This document shows, one piece after another, positions 36,190-47,810 of a stretch of 64,000 nt of DNA. The notes under the pieces are model-generated. The model was not told the origin of the DNA. It searched no databases and saw only the letters and a program-made list of their open reading frames with translations. The number at the start of each line of letters is the position of its first letter. Positions within the stretch are counted from its first letter, which is position 1. The stretch is from an uncultured Pseudomonadales bacterium (GTDB lineage: Bacteria > Patescibacteriota > Microgenomatia > UBA1400 > MFAQ01), in NCBI GenBank assembly GCA_964564895.1, contig CAZMCB010000002.1, forward strand, positions 2,721 to 66,720. Reading direction: 5' to 3'. Both the position numbers and the translations under genes were made by a program.

Positions 36190-36218
36190 TAAAAAATCCC
36201 CGCTAGTTTGCGGGGATG
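36190..36218 (-). terminator. rho-independent terminator (minus strand)
   Basis: ATCCCCGC-tagttt-GCGGGGAT hairpin with A6 on plus strand. Overlaps the 3' end of the 36203 ORF. Confidence 0.55.
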
Positions 36219-36592
36219 TTTGCTTTGTTTATGAGAGTAATAAGATAATCGATTCTATCAAGCAGAAGTTCATATCGTTGACGTGTTGAGTTTGTTGACA
36301 GTAATCGTTTTCTATTTCGAATCACAATATTTTCTTTAATCGGTTTACCTTTGATAAAATTGAATTGATCTTCGGTGAGATCAACATGAACTCCATCTGG
36401 AAGGATATTCCAACAATGAGTGTCACCATCTGTCATTTTGCAACTTGGGAGTTTGCCTCCAAAATATTTCTGAACAACTAGTGCTGTGACATAACACTGG
36501 TTAAGCGATGGAACGCGAGGTTTCCAGTCACCGTAGGCTGTTTCGGCACACCAGGCTACTTCAAGTAAAGCTCTTAATGTTTTTAGATCCAT
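36203..36592 (-). CDS. YunG-like protein (unknown function)
   Basis: W..ET......W....PSLNQCYVTALVVQ.YFGG.L......HCWNILPDG..VDLTEDQF pattern resembles the Bacillus YunG family as I recall it; not verified by search. Confidence 0.45.
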   Translation of the reverse strand: MDLKTLRALLEVAWCAETAYGDWKPRVPSLNQCYVTALVVQKYFGGKLPSCKMTDGDTHCWNILPDGVHVDLTEDQFNFIKGKPIKENIVIRNRKRLLSTNSTRQRYELLLDRIDYLITLINKANIPAN

Positions 36593-36617
36593 TGCTTGCC
36601 CCTTTTCTTCGTTGTCG

Positions 36618-36989
36618 TTAGTCTACCTTGAAATCAGAATATTTTAGAATTTCTTTACCATCCTTGGAGAAAATTATTTCTTTGAGGGTGGAAAGTTTTC
36701 GTCTTGACATCATGCCGTTTACCGGTAACCTGACACCATGATTTGAGGTCGTGATAATACTAAAATCGGTGAACGGATTGATCAAGACTGAATTGGCGTT
36801 TTCGTAATAGATACCTTTTGGGTGAGTTGCTCTGTCTCTTTGTACTGCCCGATGGGCTTGGGACTTTTGAGAAACAAGATCTGTAATGGTACAGGTAATG
36901 ATGGTCGCCGATGAATGAGCACTCTCTTTTTTTTCTGGGTCTGTTTCATGGTTACGGACAGATTCGAAAACACTACTATATTGATCCAA
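36618..36989 (-). CDS. hypothetical protein
   Basis: 123-aa ORF co-oriented with the YunG-like gene. Confidence 0.4.
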   Translation of the reverse strand: MDQYSSVFESVRNHETDPEKKESAHSSATIITCTITDLVSQKSQAHRAVQRDRATHPKGIYYENANSVLINPFTDFSIITTSNHGVRLPVNGMMSRRKLSTLKEIIFSKDGKEILKYSDFKVD

Positions 36990-37097
36990 TGTTTGCTCCT
37001 TTTAATGAACTGAGATTTCGATATTTTATATTAATAGTTGTGTATAAGCAAAGGATGAGTTTTTATGTCGCACAATATTTTGGTATGATGAATATAG

Positions 37098-38045
37098 ATG
37101 GCTAAGAAACAAGCTTCAGACCTTACTCTTCGACTTCATATAAAGCGATATTTAAGCTTTATTGAGGTTGAAAAAAACTATAGCAAGTTTACTATCCGAA
37201 ACTACTCCCACTATCTCAAGGTTTTTCGAGATTGGTTTGAAAAACATTATGCACAAGAATATATCGAAAAGCTGACCTATGACATGGTCAGAAGATATAG
37301 ATTGTATTTGAGTCATTATGAAGACCAAAGAGGTAAGGAGCTCTCCCCTACTACTCAGTCATATTATGTAATCGCCTTGCGTGCATTTCTTAAATACTGT
37401 GCGAAAAGAGGCATAAAAACTTTATCGCCTGAAAAGGTTGATTTACCAAAAGGTGAAGGACATCAGATAAAGTTTTTGGATCGGGATCAGGTGGAGAGGC
37501 TTCTTACATCTCCAGATACTTCGACGATGGCCGGATTGCGTGACAGAGCGATCTTAGAAATTTTATTTTCTACTGGTCTTCGTGTGTCAGAGCTTGCAAA
37601 GCTTGATATCGACAAGATTGATTTGAAACAAAGAGAGTTTGGTATTATCGGTAAAGGTCGTCGATCTCGAGTGGTTTTTTTGACCACGCGCTCTTGTGAT
37701 TGGCTGGCAAAGTACTTGGATACGAGGACAGATCCGTATCGAGCCCTTTGGATTCGAATTCCAAAAAGTGGTGAGTGGGATCCGGGTATGGGAGGAGAAA
37801 ATGCACGTTTGTCTATTCGTGGAATCCAAAGAATTGTGGAGAAATATCGTAGAGCAGCGGGGCTACCTATTAAGGTGAGTCCTCATGTACTAAGACATTC
37901 ATTTGCTACGACTCTACTTCAACAAGGAGCAGATTTGCGTAGTGTTCAGGAAATGTTGGGTCACAAAAATGTGGCTACGACACAGATATATACCCACGTA
38001 ACCAATCCTCAACTGAAGCAGATTCATGATAAGTATTTGAAATAA
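37098..38045 (+). CDS. xerC: tyrosine site-specific recombinase, XerC/XerD-like
   Basis: N-terminal SAM-like core-binding domain. C-terminal catalytic motifs R...HxxR...Y (HVLRHSFATTLLQQGADLRSVQEMLGHKNVATTQIYTHV) nearly identical to the XerD box II. Confidence 0.85.
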   Translation: MAKKQASDLTLRLHIKRYLSFIEVEKNYSKFTIRNYSHYLKVFRDWFEKHYAQEYIEKLTYDMVRRYRLYLSHYEDQRGKELSPTTQSYYVIALRAFLKYCAKRGIKTLSPEKVDLPKGEGHQIKFLDRDQVERLLTSPDTSTMAGLRDRAILEILFSTGLRVSELAKLDIDKIDLKQREFGIIGKGRRSRVVFLTTRSCDWLAKYLDTRTDPYRALWIRIPKSGEWDPGMGGENARLSIRGIQRIVEKYRRAAGLPIKVSPHVLRHSFATTLLQQGADLRSVQEMLGHKNVATTQIYTHVTNPQLKQIHDKYLK

Positions 38046-38068
38046 AAAAGCCCCGGTGAGGGGCTTTG
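38046..38068. terminator. bidirectional terminator hairpin
   Basis: AAAAAA-GCCCCGG-tga-GGGGC-TTT between convergent xerC and 38072-38497. Confidence 0.6.
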
Positions 38069-38071
38069 AAG

Positions 38072-38497
38072 CTAAAAGAAGCTTTGGATATTCACTTTCC
38101 GTTCGAGTTCTGAGAGAGTACCCCAGTAGAATTGAGCGTGTATAGTGCCTTCAAAATATTCTTCTACCGGACCAAAGTTTATTCTTGTTTCGGAGTTGAG
38201 ATTTAAGGCGAATTTTAACTGCTGAATATGACGTTTGATATCCCAGATGGTTTCCAGATCAAAAGTGTGAGCATATCCTGTGTAACAATAAAGAGAGTTT
38301 GTATCTGATCGATACATACCTCTCGTTGTTTTGGTTAGAAAACTAGCTTCGTCTTCCCCGCTCCATCCTTCGTCTTTGAACCATTGGATGTGAGATCTAG
38401 GATCATTAAATTGGGAGACTTCGACTTTGCCTTCTCTAATGCAAAACATAATACGATTGCGATGGAAAGCAATCGTCTCTTCCGAGTATTGAACCAT
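38072..38497 (-). CDS. hypothetical protein
   Basis: 141-aa ORF. No family recognised. Confidence 0.4.
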   Translation of the reverse strand: MVQYSEETIAFHRNRIMFCIREGKVEVSQFNDPRSHIQWFKDEGWSGEDEASFLTKTTRGMYRSDTNSLYCYTGYAHTFDLETIWDIKRHIQQLKFALNLNSETRINFGPVEEYFEGTIHAQFYWGTLSELERKVNIQSFF

Positions 38498-38570
38498 TTG
38501 TCCTCCTCTGCTCTTTAGTAAAGTGCTTGGGAATGATATCTTATGATGACAAAAAATGCAATACTACAGG

Positions 38571-39170
38571 TTATTTTTTGTTGGTAAACAGTCTACCATC
38601 TGGAAGTCTGCATTGTTCAGGATATGACTCTTGAATTGGGAAACCAGCTTCGACGCATTGATTGTAGCTTGTGATTGTTTTGATTAGGGCGTCGCAGATT
38701 TTCTTGCTACCCATGTCGCTTTTGGGCATACAGTCTAAGAGCTTTTCTCTGAGGGTCATTTCTCTTCTAGGGGAAACATCTGTCGTATTGTCGATACGAA
38801 GAAGGGCTTTTCTGATTTCGTATTGGCTTAGCACACCATCATAAGGTTCCCTATCTGGGATGATGCCGGTGTACATATTTTGAAGGGTGGCGTAGGCTTC
38901 TTGGCTTCTTAATCTGCCGAGCGTCCAGATGGCATCGTTTTTGTCGTGGAAAGATTCGGACTCATTGCCTAGAAGTTTCATAAGGGACTGAGGACAGCTA
39001 TCTTGATACTTTGTTTGGGCGTTTTTACAGACATTGTTAACGGCCACTTTAATGTCGATTGAGATTATTAATAAACTGATTATGATGAGAGAAAAACTAA
39101 TGGCAAGAGACCAGAATAATAATTTTCTTACTAGTAACCAGATGTTATTTCTAGCTGCCTTCTTTTTCAT
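38571..39170 (-). CDS. membrane-anchored hypothetical protein with Cys pairs
   Basis: N-terminal TM anchor, extracytoplasmic domain with several cysteines. Start overlaps the stop of upstream small ORF (ATATGA). Confidence 0.45.
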   Translation of the reverse strand: MKKKAARNNIWLLVRKLLFWSLAISFSLIIISLLIISIDIKVAVNNVCKNAQTKYQDSCPQSLMKLLGNESESFHDKNDAIWTLGRLRSQEAYATLQNMYTGIIPDREPYDGVLSQYEIRKALLRIDNTTDVSPRREMTLREKLLDCMPKSDMGSKKICDALIKTITSYNQCVEAGFPIQESYPEQCRLPDGRLFTNKK

Positions 39171-39331
39171 ATTTTGATACCTCTTTTGATAATCTCTTCA
39201 AATATCTTACCTTCTAACTTACGGCACTGGCAATTGCGAGCATGCTCTACATGCCAAGCAACTCGCTGGTCGAGGGTTGGATTTTTGGGCATGATGTTTT
39301 TAAGATGCCAGTCTTTGTTTATTTTGGACAT
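39167..39331 (-). CDS. small conserved-looking His/Cys protein (54 aa), not in the ORF track
   Basis: Manual translation MSKINKDWHLKNIMPKNPTLDQRVAWHVEHARNCQCRKLEGKIFEEIIKRGIKI. W-H..E-H-A..C-x-C-R motif. Translationally coupled to 38571-39170. Confidence 0.4.
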   Translation of the reverse strand: MSKINKDWHLKNIMPKNPTLDQRVAWHVEHARNCQCRKLEGKIFEEIIKRGIKI

Positions 39332-39361
39332 AACTATTCTAATAGTAGCAAATGATGTAAA

Positions 39362-39390
39362 AAAAAGGCTCGCATTGCGCGAGCCTTATG
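39362..39390 (-). terminator. rho-independent terminator (minus strand)
   Basis: A8 then GGCTCGC-attg-CGCGAGCC hairpin, T-run on minus strand. Downstream of 39394-39813. Confidence 0.7.
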
Positions 39391-39393
39391 TTT

Positions 39394-39813
39394 CTATCTT
39401 GTTACTTTTTCTTCTGGTTCATCTTGTACTTTGGCATCTGAATCTGTTTCTTCGGTCTCAATTGAGTCGAAGGTATTACTATCGTCACCTACGACAAAAT
39501 GGTCACCAATATTAATTTTTTTCCACTTTGCTTCAGAGAGATAAAGATCGCCTTTAAGACCATCTTCGTCTTCAATTGTGATCACCCAGTCTTCGTCATC
39601 ATAATGAAATATGGGTATCATTGAAACAATTTTTCCAATGATAATTGGCATTATCTGGACCCAGGTACGCTCTTCTTCGTACCACTTGTCTATTACCTTA
39701 CCTGACTTGGGAAATGGTCGATTTCTATCCCAAATTAAGTAGCCAATCAAAAATAAAACAATCAGTATTAATAGACTGGCTAATACATAAAGAATGATCA
39801 TTAATGCGTCCAT
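39394..39813 (-). CDS. TM-anchored hypothetical protein with acidic C-terminus
   Basis: N-terminal TM helix (IILYVLASLLILIVLFLIGYLIW). Preferred over the overlapping + strand ORF 39174-39515, which looks like antisense noise. Confidence 0.45.
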   Translation of the reverse strand: MDALMIILYVLASLLILIVLFLIGYLIWDRNRPFPKSGKVIDKWYEEERTWVQIMPIIIGKIVSMIPIFHYDDEDWVITIEDEDGLKGDLYLSEAKWKKINIGDHFVVGDDSNTFDSIETEETDSDAKVQDEPEEKVTR

Positions 39814-39841
39814 GAGTCTCCTTTTTGCTTGTGTTTCTCAG

Positions 39842-40072
39842 TTATTCTTTCAGGGAAAAGGTAATACTGTTTATTGAAATTCCCCTTCCTGAAGATGACT
39901 GTGTGACGTGGATTATTGGTGGGCCATCAATTTCTTCAATAGGGTTTTCGGCTTTCCAGTCTAAAACAAGTTGAGCAAGTAGCTCGAAATTATCGTATAC
40001 TGTCCCCTCTTTTTTGACGGGAATGCAGACCTGATTACCAAGTCTTTTTACTGGCAGTTTTTTGTCAGCCAC
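39842..40072 (-). CDS. hypothetical protein
   Basis: 76-aa ORF immediately downstream of gyrA. Confidence 0.35.
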   Translation of the reverse strand: MADKKLPVKRLGNQVCIPVKKEGTVYDNFELLAQLVLDWKAENPIEEIDGPPIIHVTQSSSGRGISINSITFSLKE

Positions 40073-40163
40073 GATTCCTCCTATGAACCTAGAAAATTAA
40101 CGTACGGGAATATTATACTATATTATGGGCTATAAGTCAAGGCTGGTGGCCACAGTATCCTTC

Positions 40164-42788
40164 TTATTCTTCTTCGGAGTCGGAGACTGTAGTGACGGCG
40201 GCAACAGAGTCTCCATCTTTGGCGAAGCGCATAAGGATGACTCCTTGGGTAGCTCTACCGAGACGTGGAATATTCTTGATTGGAAGCTTGATCGCCAGAC
40301 CTTGAGAGGTAGTGATAAGAAGTACTTCTGAGTCTTGGTCTACAAGTAAGGCACCTGAGAGTTTGCCTGTTTTGTCGGTGGTTTCACACACCTTCAAGCC
40401 TTGGCCAGATCTATTTTGAACTGGATACTCTGGAAGAGGTGTGCGTTTGCCCATACCGTTTTCGGTAACGACAAGAAGGTCTCGGAAGAGTTTGACTCGT
40501 TTGTCTGTGGAAACTGGCTCTTCTGGAGCAAATACATCCATAGAGATAACGAAGTCATCTCCTTTGAGTAGAATACCTCTAACCCCTTGAGTGTCTCTAT
40601 CGGTTGGACGGACATCTTGTTCGTTGAAGCGAATGGATTTACCTTCTTTGGAGACCAAGAGAATGTGGTCTGATCCAGAAGTCTGATTGACCCAGACAAG
40701 ATTGTCATTGTCTTGAAGCTTGATGGCTATCAATCCATTACTCTTGATATTTTCGTATTTAGCGAGTGCTGTTCTCTTGACGACACCAGCTTTGGTGGTG
40801 AAGAAAAGGAATTGATTCTTTTCTACTTGCTTAGGCATGGGGAGAATACTCTTGATGGTCTCATCTGTTTCGATGTTGATGAGATTGATGATGGCTTGGC
40901 CCTTGCTGATGCGACTGCCTTCGGGAAGTTCCCATACCTTAAGAGCAAATACTTTACCCTTACTGGTGAAGACTAAGAGCCTGTCGTGAGTGTTTGCATT
41001 GGTTAATAGCTGAATCTCGTCTGTCTCTTTGATGGTCATACCGGAGACTCCTTTACCTCCCCTCTTTTGAGTGCGGAAGGTAGAAAGAGGCATGCGTTTG
41101 ATGTAGCCTGATTTGGTGAGAGTAACGATGGTTTCTTCTGAAGGAATTAAGTCTTCTTCTGAAAGAGACCCTGGAGCTGAAGCAATTATCTGTGTTCTTC
41201 TCTTCTCAGGGTAGTCTGCAGCTAATTTGTTGAGCTCTTCTTTAATTATTTCGAAAACTTTCTGAGGATCTTTCAAGACTGCAACTAGTTTTTCGATGGT
41301 TTTCATCAATTCTTGGTACTCGGCCTCGATTTTTTGACGCTCAAGAGCGGCAAGTCGTCGTAGCTGCATTTCCAAAATAGCTAGGGATTGAATCTCGGTG
41401 AGCTTGAATTTCTCCATAAGGTTCTTCTTGGCGGTATCACTATCTGGACTCTTTTTGATGGTTTCAATGACATCATCGATGTTAGCAAGAGCAATGAGTA
41501 ACCCTTCCAAGATATGAGCTCTATCCTTGGCGGACTTGAGATCAAACTGCGAACGGCGAACAACGACCATTTGTCTGTGAGCTGTAAACTCCATGAGAAT
41601 CTGCTTGAGGTTTAGAAGATGAGGTGTGCCATCAGACATAAGAGCCACGACATTGGCGGGGAAATTGGTTTGAAGCTCGGTGTGTTTGAAAAGATTATTA
41701 AGAACACTCTTAGGCTTGGCGTCTTTTTTGAGATCGACGACGACTGTCATACCATGTCTATCAGACTCATCGCGAAGATCCGAGATACCATCAATTCTCT
41801 TCTTTTTTACTAGTTCGGCTATGTCAGTTATAAGCTTGGCTTTGTTTACTTGGTATGGAAGCTGCGTGATTAGAATTTGGAAACGGCCATTTTTCTTTTC
41901 AACAATCTCGGCAACGCCACGCATAATAATACTGGCCTTGCCTGTGGAGTAAAGCTTCTTGATTTCATTGGTGTCGTAGATGATGCCAGAAGTTGGGAAA
42001 TCTGGTCCTTTGATATGTTGACAAAGTTCATCTATCTCGATATCAGACTCAAGAGAACCGATTAGATTTTTGTAGCTAGTGGTATGGAGATCAGCATCTT
42101 CAACTGGGGTTGTGGCACTAACCTTACTTCGATCAATTAAAGTGTTGATGGCCTTAACAACTTCCAATAAATTATGTGGTGGAATCTTTGTTGCCATACC
42201 GACAGCGATACCGTCTGATCCCATGAGAAGAAGATTTGGAAGCTTAGCGGGAAGAACTAATGGTTCTTGTTGTGAGCCATCAAAGTTGTCACCAAAATCG
42301 ACTGTATTTTTATCGATATCCTCTAATAGTTCACTAGCAATTTTGCTGAGACGTGCCTCGGTGTAACGCATGGCAGCAGCAGAGTCGCCATCGATACTTC
42401 CAAAGTTTCCTTGACCATCAACCAAGGGATAACGCATGGAGAAGTCTTGAGCTAGACGGACCATGGTTTGGTAAACGGCAGTATCTCCGTGTGGATGATA
42501 TTTACCTAAAACTTCACCAACAATACGAGCAGACTTTTTGTAAGCACTTTTGTGGGTAATACCCATGTTTTTCATGGCGTATAAGATGCGGCGATGAACT
42601 GGTTTTAGACCATCACGAACATCAGGAAGAGCACGAGAAACGATAACAGACATGGCATAGTCGAGGTAACTTCTCTCCATCTCTTCGACTATTGGAGCTT
42701 GTTTTATAAGCCCCCATTCAGTGTTTTCTTCTTGAGGCTTTATTGGTGTGGTGATGTCTGTTTGGATATCTTCGTTTTGGTCTTCCAT
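40164..42788 (-). CDS. gyrA: DNA gyrase subunit A
   Basis: Active-site region AAMRYTE (Tyr), QRDR-like segment, C-terminal beta-pinwheel repeats. 874 aa. Confidence 0.95.
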   Translation of the reverse strand: MEDQNEDIQTDITTPIKPQEENTEWGLIKQAPIVEEMERSYLDYAMSVIVSRALPDVRDGLKPVHRRILYAMKNMGITHKSAYKKSARIVGEVLGKYHPHGDTAVYQTMVRLAQDFSMRYPLVDGQGNFGSIDGDSAAAMRYTEARLSKIASELLEDIDKNTVDFGDNFDGSQQEPLVLPAKLPNLLLMGSDGIAVGMATKIPPHNLLEVVKAINTLIDRSKVSATTPVEDADLHTTSYKNLIGSLESDIEIDELCQHIKGPDFPTSGIIYDTNEIKKLYSTGKASIIMRGVAEIVEKKNGRFQILITQLPYQVNKAKLITDIAELVKKKRIDGISDLRDESDRHGMTVVVDLKKDAKPKSVLNNLFKHTELQTNFPANVVALMSDGTPHLLNLKQILMEFTAHRQMVVVRRSQFDLKSAKDRAHILEGLLIALANIDDVIETIKKSPDSDTAKKNLMEKFKLTEIQSLAILEMQLRRLAALERQKIEAEYQELMKTIEKLVAVLKDPQKVFEIIKEELNKLAADYPEKRRTQIIASAPGSLSEEDLIPSEETIVTLTKSGYIKRMPLSTFRTQKRGGKGVSGMTIKETDEIQLLTNANTHDRLLVFTSKGKVFALKVWELPEGSRISKGQAIINLINIETDETIKSILPMPKQVEKNQFLFFTTKAGVVKRTALAKYENIKSNGLIAIKLQDNDNLVWVNQTSGSDHILLVSKEGKSIRFNEQDVRPTDRDTQGVRGILLKGDDFVISMDVFAPEEPVSTDKRVKLFRDLLVVTENGMGKRTPLPEYPVQNRSGQGLKVCETTDKTGKLSGALLVDQDSEVLLITTSQGLAIKLPIKNIPRLGRATQGVILMRFAKDGDSVAAVTTVSDSEEE

Positions 42789-42794
42789 ATTATT

Positions 42795-43331
42795 TTATTT
42801 TTGAAAATGTTGATGGTAACGTTTAATTGCTTCGTTTAAAGTAATTTTGGCTTCTTCGACTGATAGGTAGCCATTGAGGTCTACCCATTTTCCAGGTTCA
42901 TTAATTTTGTAGTTTTTGTAGAAGTACTCAATGTTTGTGAGAGTTTCTTTATCAAGAGTATCTGTGTCTTGGATTGCAGTAAAGACGGGGTCTTTTTCTG
43001 AAAAAGGAACAACTATTAATTTTCCATCTTTGCCACTTTGGTCTATTGTCTCAAGCAAGCCGACAATCCTGGCTTGTAATACAGTACCTGTTGGAAAGAC
43101 CTTGGAGCTTATGATGGCGACGTCTAGCGGATCATTGTCGTTGCTCCATGTTTCGGGAACAAAGCCATAATTAAAGGGAAAAGAAAGATTGGAGCTTAAT
43201 ACTCTATCTAATACAAATTTTTCTTGATCTACTTTGTACTCAGTTTTTTTGTTTGATCCTTTGGGAATCTCAACGACAACATTGACTGTGTTGTTATTTC
43301 CGAATGCATTAATTGAGTGAAGTAGATTCAT
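42795..43331 (-). CDS. ppa: inorganic pyrophosphatase (family I)
   Basis: DPLDV and DxKxxxV-like motifs (DGKLIVVPFSEKDP). 178 aa. Confidence 0.85.
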   Translation of the reverse strand: MNLLHSINAFGNNNTVNVVVEIPKGSNKKTEYKVDQEKFVLDRVLSSNLSFPFNYGFVPETWSNDNDPLDVAIISSKVFPTGTVLQARIVGLLETIDQSGKDGKLIVVPFSEKDPVFTAIQDTDTLDKETLTNIEYFYKNYKINEPGKWVDLNGYLSVEEAKITLNEAIKRYHQHFQK

Positions 43332-43334
43332 TAT

Positions 43335-45341
<2,007 letters not shown>

Positions 45342-45397
45342 TCATTTTAACGGTTAAGCACTAACACATCAAGTACATCTCCCAGTACAATAAGTTA

Positions 45398-46027
45398 ATG
45401 TTACCAAAGATTATCGTGGTTGGCACGTATGAAAGAGAGGCTCTCTTGTCTTCTTTGGGACTTACGACGGCAAAGACTTTAGGATATGAAGGTGGTGAAG
45501 GTAAGATAGACGATTTGCGACGTTTTATCAACTTTGGGATGAATGTTTCTGAAGGAAATGAGTCAATGGGGTTGATTGTATGGGATGCGGATAAGCTTTC
45601 TCCTGAGTGTCAGGCTGTTTTACTTAAACCCTTGGAAAGTGTTTCTGACACGATGTATATTTATCTTGTTGCATCAAACGAAAATGGATTATTACCTACT
45701 ATTATTTCAAGATGTTTGATCGATTATCATACTGAACTTGAAACTAAAAATAATAGTTATTGGAAAGAGATACTGGATTGTTTTTCAAAAGGACCTTCTC
45801 GCTGTTTGGCTTTGGCTGATGAGATGGAAAAAACGGAAATGGAGGTTGCTTTGGAAGAGATGATAAATAAATTAAAGCTAGGTTTGGAGTCTTCGGTTAA
45901 TAAAAATAGATTAAAGGTGCTTAAATTGTCCATCGATTGTTTGGCAAATCTGAAACATACAAACGTAAATGCTAAATTGGCATTTGGAAATTTTTTGATT
46001 AGTTCGTGGAGACTCGTAAAGTCGTAG
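45398..46027 (+). CDS. holB: DNA polymerase III delta'-like (degenerate clamp-loader subunit), putative
   Basis: Clamp-loader-like TIISRC (SRC) motif and LVASNENG box but no Walker A. Weak. Confidence 0.35.
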   Translation: MLPKIIVVGTYEREALLSSLGLTTAKTLGYEGGEGKIDDLRRFINFGMNVSEGNESMGLIVWDADKLSPECQAVLLKPLESVSDTMYIYLVASNENGLLPTIISRCLIDYHTELETKNNSYWKEILDCFSKGPSRCLALADEMEKTEMEVALEEMINKLKLGLESSVNKNRLKVLKLSIDCLANLKHTNVNAKLAFGNFLISSWRLVKS

Positions 46028-46049
46028 ATATATTTGGTATATTTAAAGT

Positions 46050-47810
46050 ATGGATTATCAGGAAACTGCCCTACTGGATTATCTTGTCTCGTCGGGAAAG
46101 CTGACTCAAGAAAAAGTAAACGATTTAAAGATTGAGGCGGTTACATCAGGAAAGACCCTAACAGAACTACTTATCGAGAAGAGATTGGTGGATGAGCGTG
46201 GTTTGGCTGAGGCAAAGGCAAAGGTACTAGGTATCCCCTATTTTTCTGAGAGCAAAATATCAGTTGATCCTGATTTAATTAGTTTAATCTCTGTAGATCT
46301 GGCTCGTAATTATCAAGTGGTTCCATATAATCTTGATAAACAAAATAAGATTTTGAGTCTTATTATGGTTAAGCCTGAAGAGCTTTCCACAGTTGATTTT
46401 TTCCAGAAAAGGACTGGATTTGCCATAAAATCGCTACTCACATCAAAGGAAAACTTGGACACTTTGATAGCTAATGTTTATAGTCAAAGTTTGTCAGGTG
46501 AGATTTCTGGAGTCTTGAAAAGAGGTAAAGAAACGGCTGATGAAGAAGGTGTTCGTTTGGTTACTTCAGATACTATTTCTCAAATAATTAAGGAACCAAA
46601 GATTGTCGAGATTGTGCGAAAAATTTTGGAACACGCAATTCGTCTTCGTGCATCTGATATTCATATTGAACCAATGGAAAATATCACTCGAGTTCGCTAC
46701 CGAATCGATGGTATTTTGGAAGAAAAGTTAACTTTGGACAAAGATTATCACGCCTCTCTGATTTCTCGTATAAAGATTTTGTCTGGAATGAAGATTGATG
46801 AGAAACGTATCCCTCAGGACGGACGTTTTAATTTTCAATCTGAGTGGGGTGAGGTTGATCTGCGTATCTCTTCCCTACCGACCGTAAATGGAGAGAAGAT
46901 TGTTATGCGTTTACTCAAAAAAACAGATAAAGTTCCTACTCTTGGTGAGCTTGGACTACGAGGGAAAGCTCTTACTACTCTGGAAGAAGCTATCCGAATC
47001 CCTCATGGAATTATATTAGCTACTGGTCCAACAGGTTCTGGTAAAACAACGACTCTTTACTCTATTTTAACTATGGTGAACTCGCCAAAAGTAAACATTG
47101 TGGCACTAGAAGACCCTGTCGAGTATCAAATTGGCGGTGTAAATCAGGTGCAGATTAATCCACAAGCAGGACTAACTTTTGCTTCGGGACTGCGTTCTTT
47201 TCTTCGTCAAGATCCAAACATTATTATGGTTGGAGAAATTCGTGATGAGGAAACTGCTCAGTTGGCAGTACAAGCTTCTCTCACCGGTCACTTGGTGTTT
47301 TCAACTGTTCATACAAACTCGGCTGCAGGTGCTCTCCCCCGTCTTTTGGATATGGGAGCTGAACCGTTTTTGCTTTCTTCGTCAATGACGGCTGTGATCG
47401 GTCAACGTGTGCTACGTACTATTTGTGATAAATGTAAGACAGCTTATGTTCCTGAGGAGGGTGTGGCTGAAGATATTGAAAAAGTATTAGGGAATTTATT
47501 ACCTGGTTGGATTAAGTCTAACCCAATAAAAGCGGCTGAAGCAGCGAAAAATAATGCCCCATTTATGCTTTATAAAGGAGCTGGTTGTGATAAATGTGGA
47601 GGTTCTGGATACTACGGACGAATTGGTATTTATGAAGTTTTGAAGGTAACTGAAAAGGTTGCTCGTCTTATCATGGAACGAGCAGATGCAACGATGGTAG
47701 AAAAAGCAGCTACTGACGACGGAATGATTATCATGAAACAAGATGGTTATCTGAAAGTGTTAGAAGGAGTAACCACTCTTGAAGAAGTTATTAGAGTGGC
47801 TCAAGTTTAA
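46050..47810 (+). CDS. pilB: type IV pilus assembly ATPase PilB (GspE family)
   Basis: N-terminal GSPII_E_N-like domain, Walker A GPTGSGKTT, Asp/His boxes, tetracysteine CDKC...CDKC motif. Confidence 0.9.
   Translation: MDYQETALLDYLVSSGKLTQEKVNDLKIEAVTSGKTLTELLIEKRLVDERGLAEAKAKVLGIPYFSESKISVDPDLISLISVDLARNYQVVPYNLDKQNKILSLIMVKPEELSTVDFFQKRTGFAIKSLLTSKENLDTLIANVYSQSLSGEISGVLKRGKETADEEGVRLVTSDTISQIIKEPKIVEIVRKILEHAIRLRASDIHIEPMENITRVRYRIDGILEEKLTLDKDYHASLISRIKILSGMKIDEKRIPQDGRFNFQSEWGEVDLRISSLPTVNGEKIVMRLLKKTDKVPTLGELGLRGKALTTLEEAIRIPHGIILATGPTGSGKTTTLYSILTMVNSPKVNIVALEDPVEYQIGGVNQVQINPQAGLTFASGLRSFLRQDPNIIMVGEIRDEETAQLAVQASLTGHLVFSTVHTNSAAGALPRLLDMGAEPFLLSSSMTAVIGQRVLRTICDKCKTAYVPEEGVAEDIEKVLGNLLPGWIKSNPIKAAEAAKNNAPFMLYKGAGCDKCGGSGYYGRIGIYEVLKVTEKVARLIMERADATMVEKAATDDGMIIMKQDGYLKVLEGVTTLEEVIRVAQV

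Noticed and set aside
35194-36202. Chromosomal oriC as a confident call
   Set aside because: Only two perfect DnaA boxes, 720 bp apart, with no dense box cluster. Flanking gene orientation is convergent rather than divergent. dnaA/dnaN are not adjacent. It is kept as a hypothesis in findings, not as a feature.
39174-39515. 113-aa plus-strand ORF overlapping the 39394-39813 minus gene
   Set aside because: Its sequence is Leu/Arg-rich and nonsense-like, and it overlaps a terminator. The minus strand provides a coupled 54-aa ORF and a TM protein that explain the region better.
40394-42559. Plus-strand ORFs (40713-40976, 41619-42366, 42353-42559) and the minus ORF 40394-40708 within gyrA
   Set aside because: They are antisense or alternate-frame artefacts inside gyrA, with no independent support.
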